Shown: piece by piece, positions 62,450 through 64,000 of the stretch
Numbering within the stretch: position 1 is the first letter of the stretch
Layout: every line of letters starts with the position of its first letter
NCBI GenBank assembly: GCA_011109175.1
Contig: RDEW01000014.1
Span: forward strand, 992,001 to 1,056,000
Source: Dicyema japonicum
Lineage: Eukaryota; Animalia; Dicyemida
Direction: 5' to 3'
DNA: 64,000 bases
Made by a program: the position numbers and the translations under genes
The notes under the pieces: generated by a model
The model's database searches: none
Told to the model about the DNA's origin: nothing
The model's input: the letters and a program-made list of their open reading frames with translations, nothing else

Positions 62450-63640
62450 TTCACTTCTTGCTTACAGATTTTCTACGTCTATCTTGTTAAAATCCTCGCT
62501 TCCCAGTCAAGTTGGAGTCGGAGTTCGTCATGGATGTGAGGCAGCCGTTCACTCTGTCAGGACATTCAGGAACCGCAGCATTCACGACTTTAAAAGACAC
62601 AGTATGATAAAGCTGGATATCAAGAACGCTTTTAACAGGTTAAGATGGGACTGCATTCTGGAGGCCTGCAAAGAAAGATTCCCATATATATTTGAACTGG
62701 TCAATTATTCATATGGAAAGCCTACGTCACTATTGCACAAGGATTTCATGGTTCCATCGTCCTCAGGTGTTCAACAAGGAGACCCCCTTGGACCACTGCT
62801 GCTCTCCCTCGGAATTGAGAAAATTACGAAGCTCTCTCGATTCCCACTTAACATCTGGTACCTCAATGACGCTGTCTCAGAAAATCCCCCGGAAACGGTC
62901 TTCCAGGAGTTAACAGTACTCATTCCCGTGTTATCCGAGGTGGGTCTTGAGTTGAGTACAACGAAATGTGAAATAACAAACTGTGGTCTTGCTGACGATG
63001 ACTTCTCTTCAATTGTTCCGAAATTTTATTCCTTGTTTTCTGATGGGATTTCCACCCCTGAAAACGAATTGATTTTTCTTGGATCCCCGATCACTAGGAA
63101 TGCGATTGAAGCATGTCCTCCTTGACAAAAAACAATCCTATGCGAATCGTGACAGATTACAGCTACTTGACTCGCACTCATCACTATTCCTCATGAAAAG
63201 AAGTCTTAACATTCAGAGAATCGCCTATTTACTCAGGACAGCCCCGTACTATTCCCAACTGGAGCAGCTTGAGCATTTTGATTTTTTTCTCAGCTCGACG
63301 GAGCAAATATTTAATGTCAAATTCGACGATGCTACATGAAAGCAAGCTACACTCCCAGTTAGATTTGGGGGTCTTGGAATCCGTCGTACTTTGGACGTCT
63401 CACTTCCTGTACATCTGTCTTCACTCACGGCCTGCGAACCATTGGTCAGGAGGATTCTACACTCCCTACCCGAATTCTCAATTGACCAAGACATAATCCA
63501 CGCACGAGAAGCCTGGAATTCCACCAACCTCCCCTGCCTCCTTCACAAGACTGTCAGCGAAACCTGGACAAATTATTGTGTTGGAAATCACTGGAATCAG
63601 CCAATCAGCATCGACGCGCTTGTTTGCTTTCGGAGCTCAT
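62450..63640 (+). mobile_element. CRE-like RT fragment
   Basis: QVGVGVRHGCEAAVH, KLDIKNAFN, GVQQGDPLGPLL, WYLND, LP.RFGGLG. Confidence 0.88.
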
Positions 63641-64000
63641 AATATCAACTTGTTATACATCGATCTGAATGAGGCAATAATCTTTAAGAGGTTGACTGTA
63701 TTTGAACATTGTCAAAGTCGAGATTCACAATTTTCGCTAAATTACATTTAAGGATCTTTAGCNTTACTCAAAAAATAATCATTATTTTGTGTCGCCAATT
63801 ATTATGAGGCTTATTCGTGAGAAGAATTGCCTAAGGGCAAAACAAAGGCGTTGTGTCGACAAAATAGACGGGAATTCATATCAGCCAGAATCAGGATGAT
63901 GAAGGAAGCAATCAGCAGTACATGGAAGGAGGAGACTGACCGTATTAGGACAATTTTATAGTTGAAATAGGACAATTTCCGCCCTAATAATAAGATTATG

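Noticed and set aside
63763-64000. Sequence after the N base
   Set aside because: Possible scaffold join and too short to classify.

Overview
AT-rich eukaryotic, almost certainly animal, DNA. A few compact host genes sit in a dense field of decayed transposons. Host genes reconstructed by hand are a SARM1/TIR-1-like ARM-SAM-TIR NADase (+, ~24.8-27.2 kb), PPIP5K/VIP1 (+, ~40.3-43.4 kb, many 1-nt indels), RPS10 (-), eIF1A (+) and GHITM (-). All are split by about 30 ultra-short spliceosomal introns (21-30 nt), which the ORF track misses; this suggests a dicyemid-like reduced parasitic metazoan (inference). The rest is mostly non-LTR retroelements (Ingi/Vingi-like APE-RT, RTE, CRE-like RT-RLE, R4/Dong-like RLE), pogo/Tigger and hAT relics, a tRNA-derived SINE, a degenerate tRNA-Asn and a ~1 kb 28S rRNA pseudogene. 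The most interesting signal is a 5' module on several Ingi/Vingi-like copies. It is a covarying, HDV-ribozyme-like nested pseudoknot whose first nucleotides are an AUG. That AUG reads in frame through the structure into a 2A-like StopGo motif (GDVxxNPGP) directly before the endonuclease. Repeat boundaries are approximate. Family names come from remembered motifs, not from database searches.
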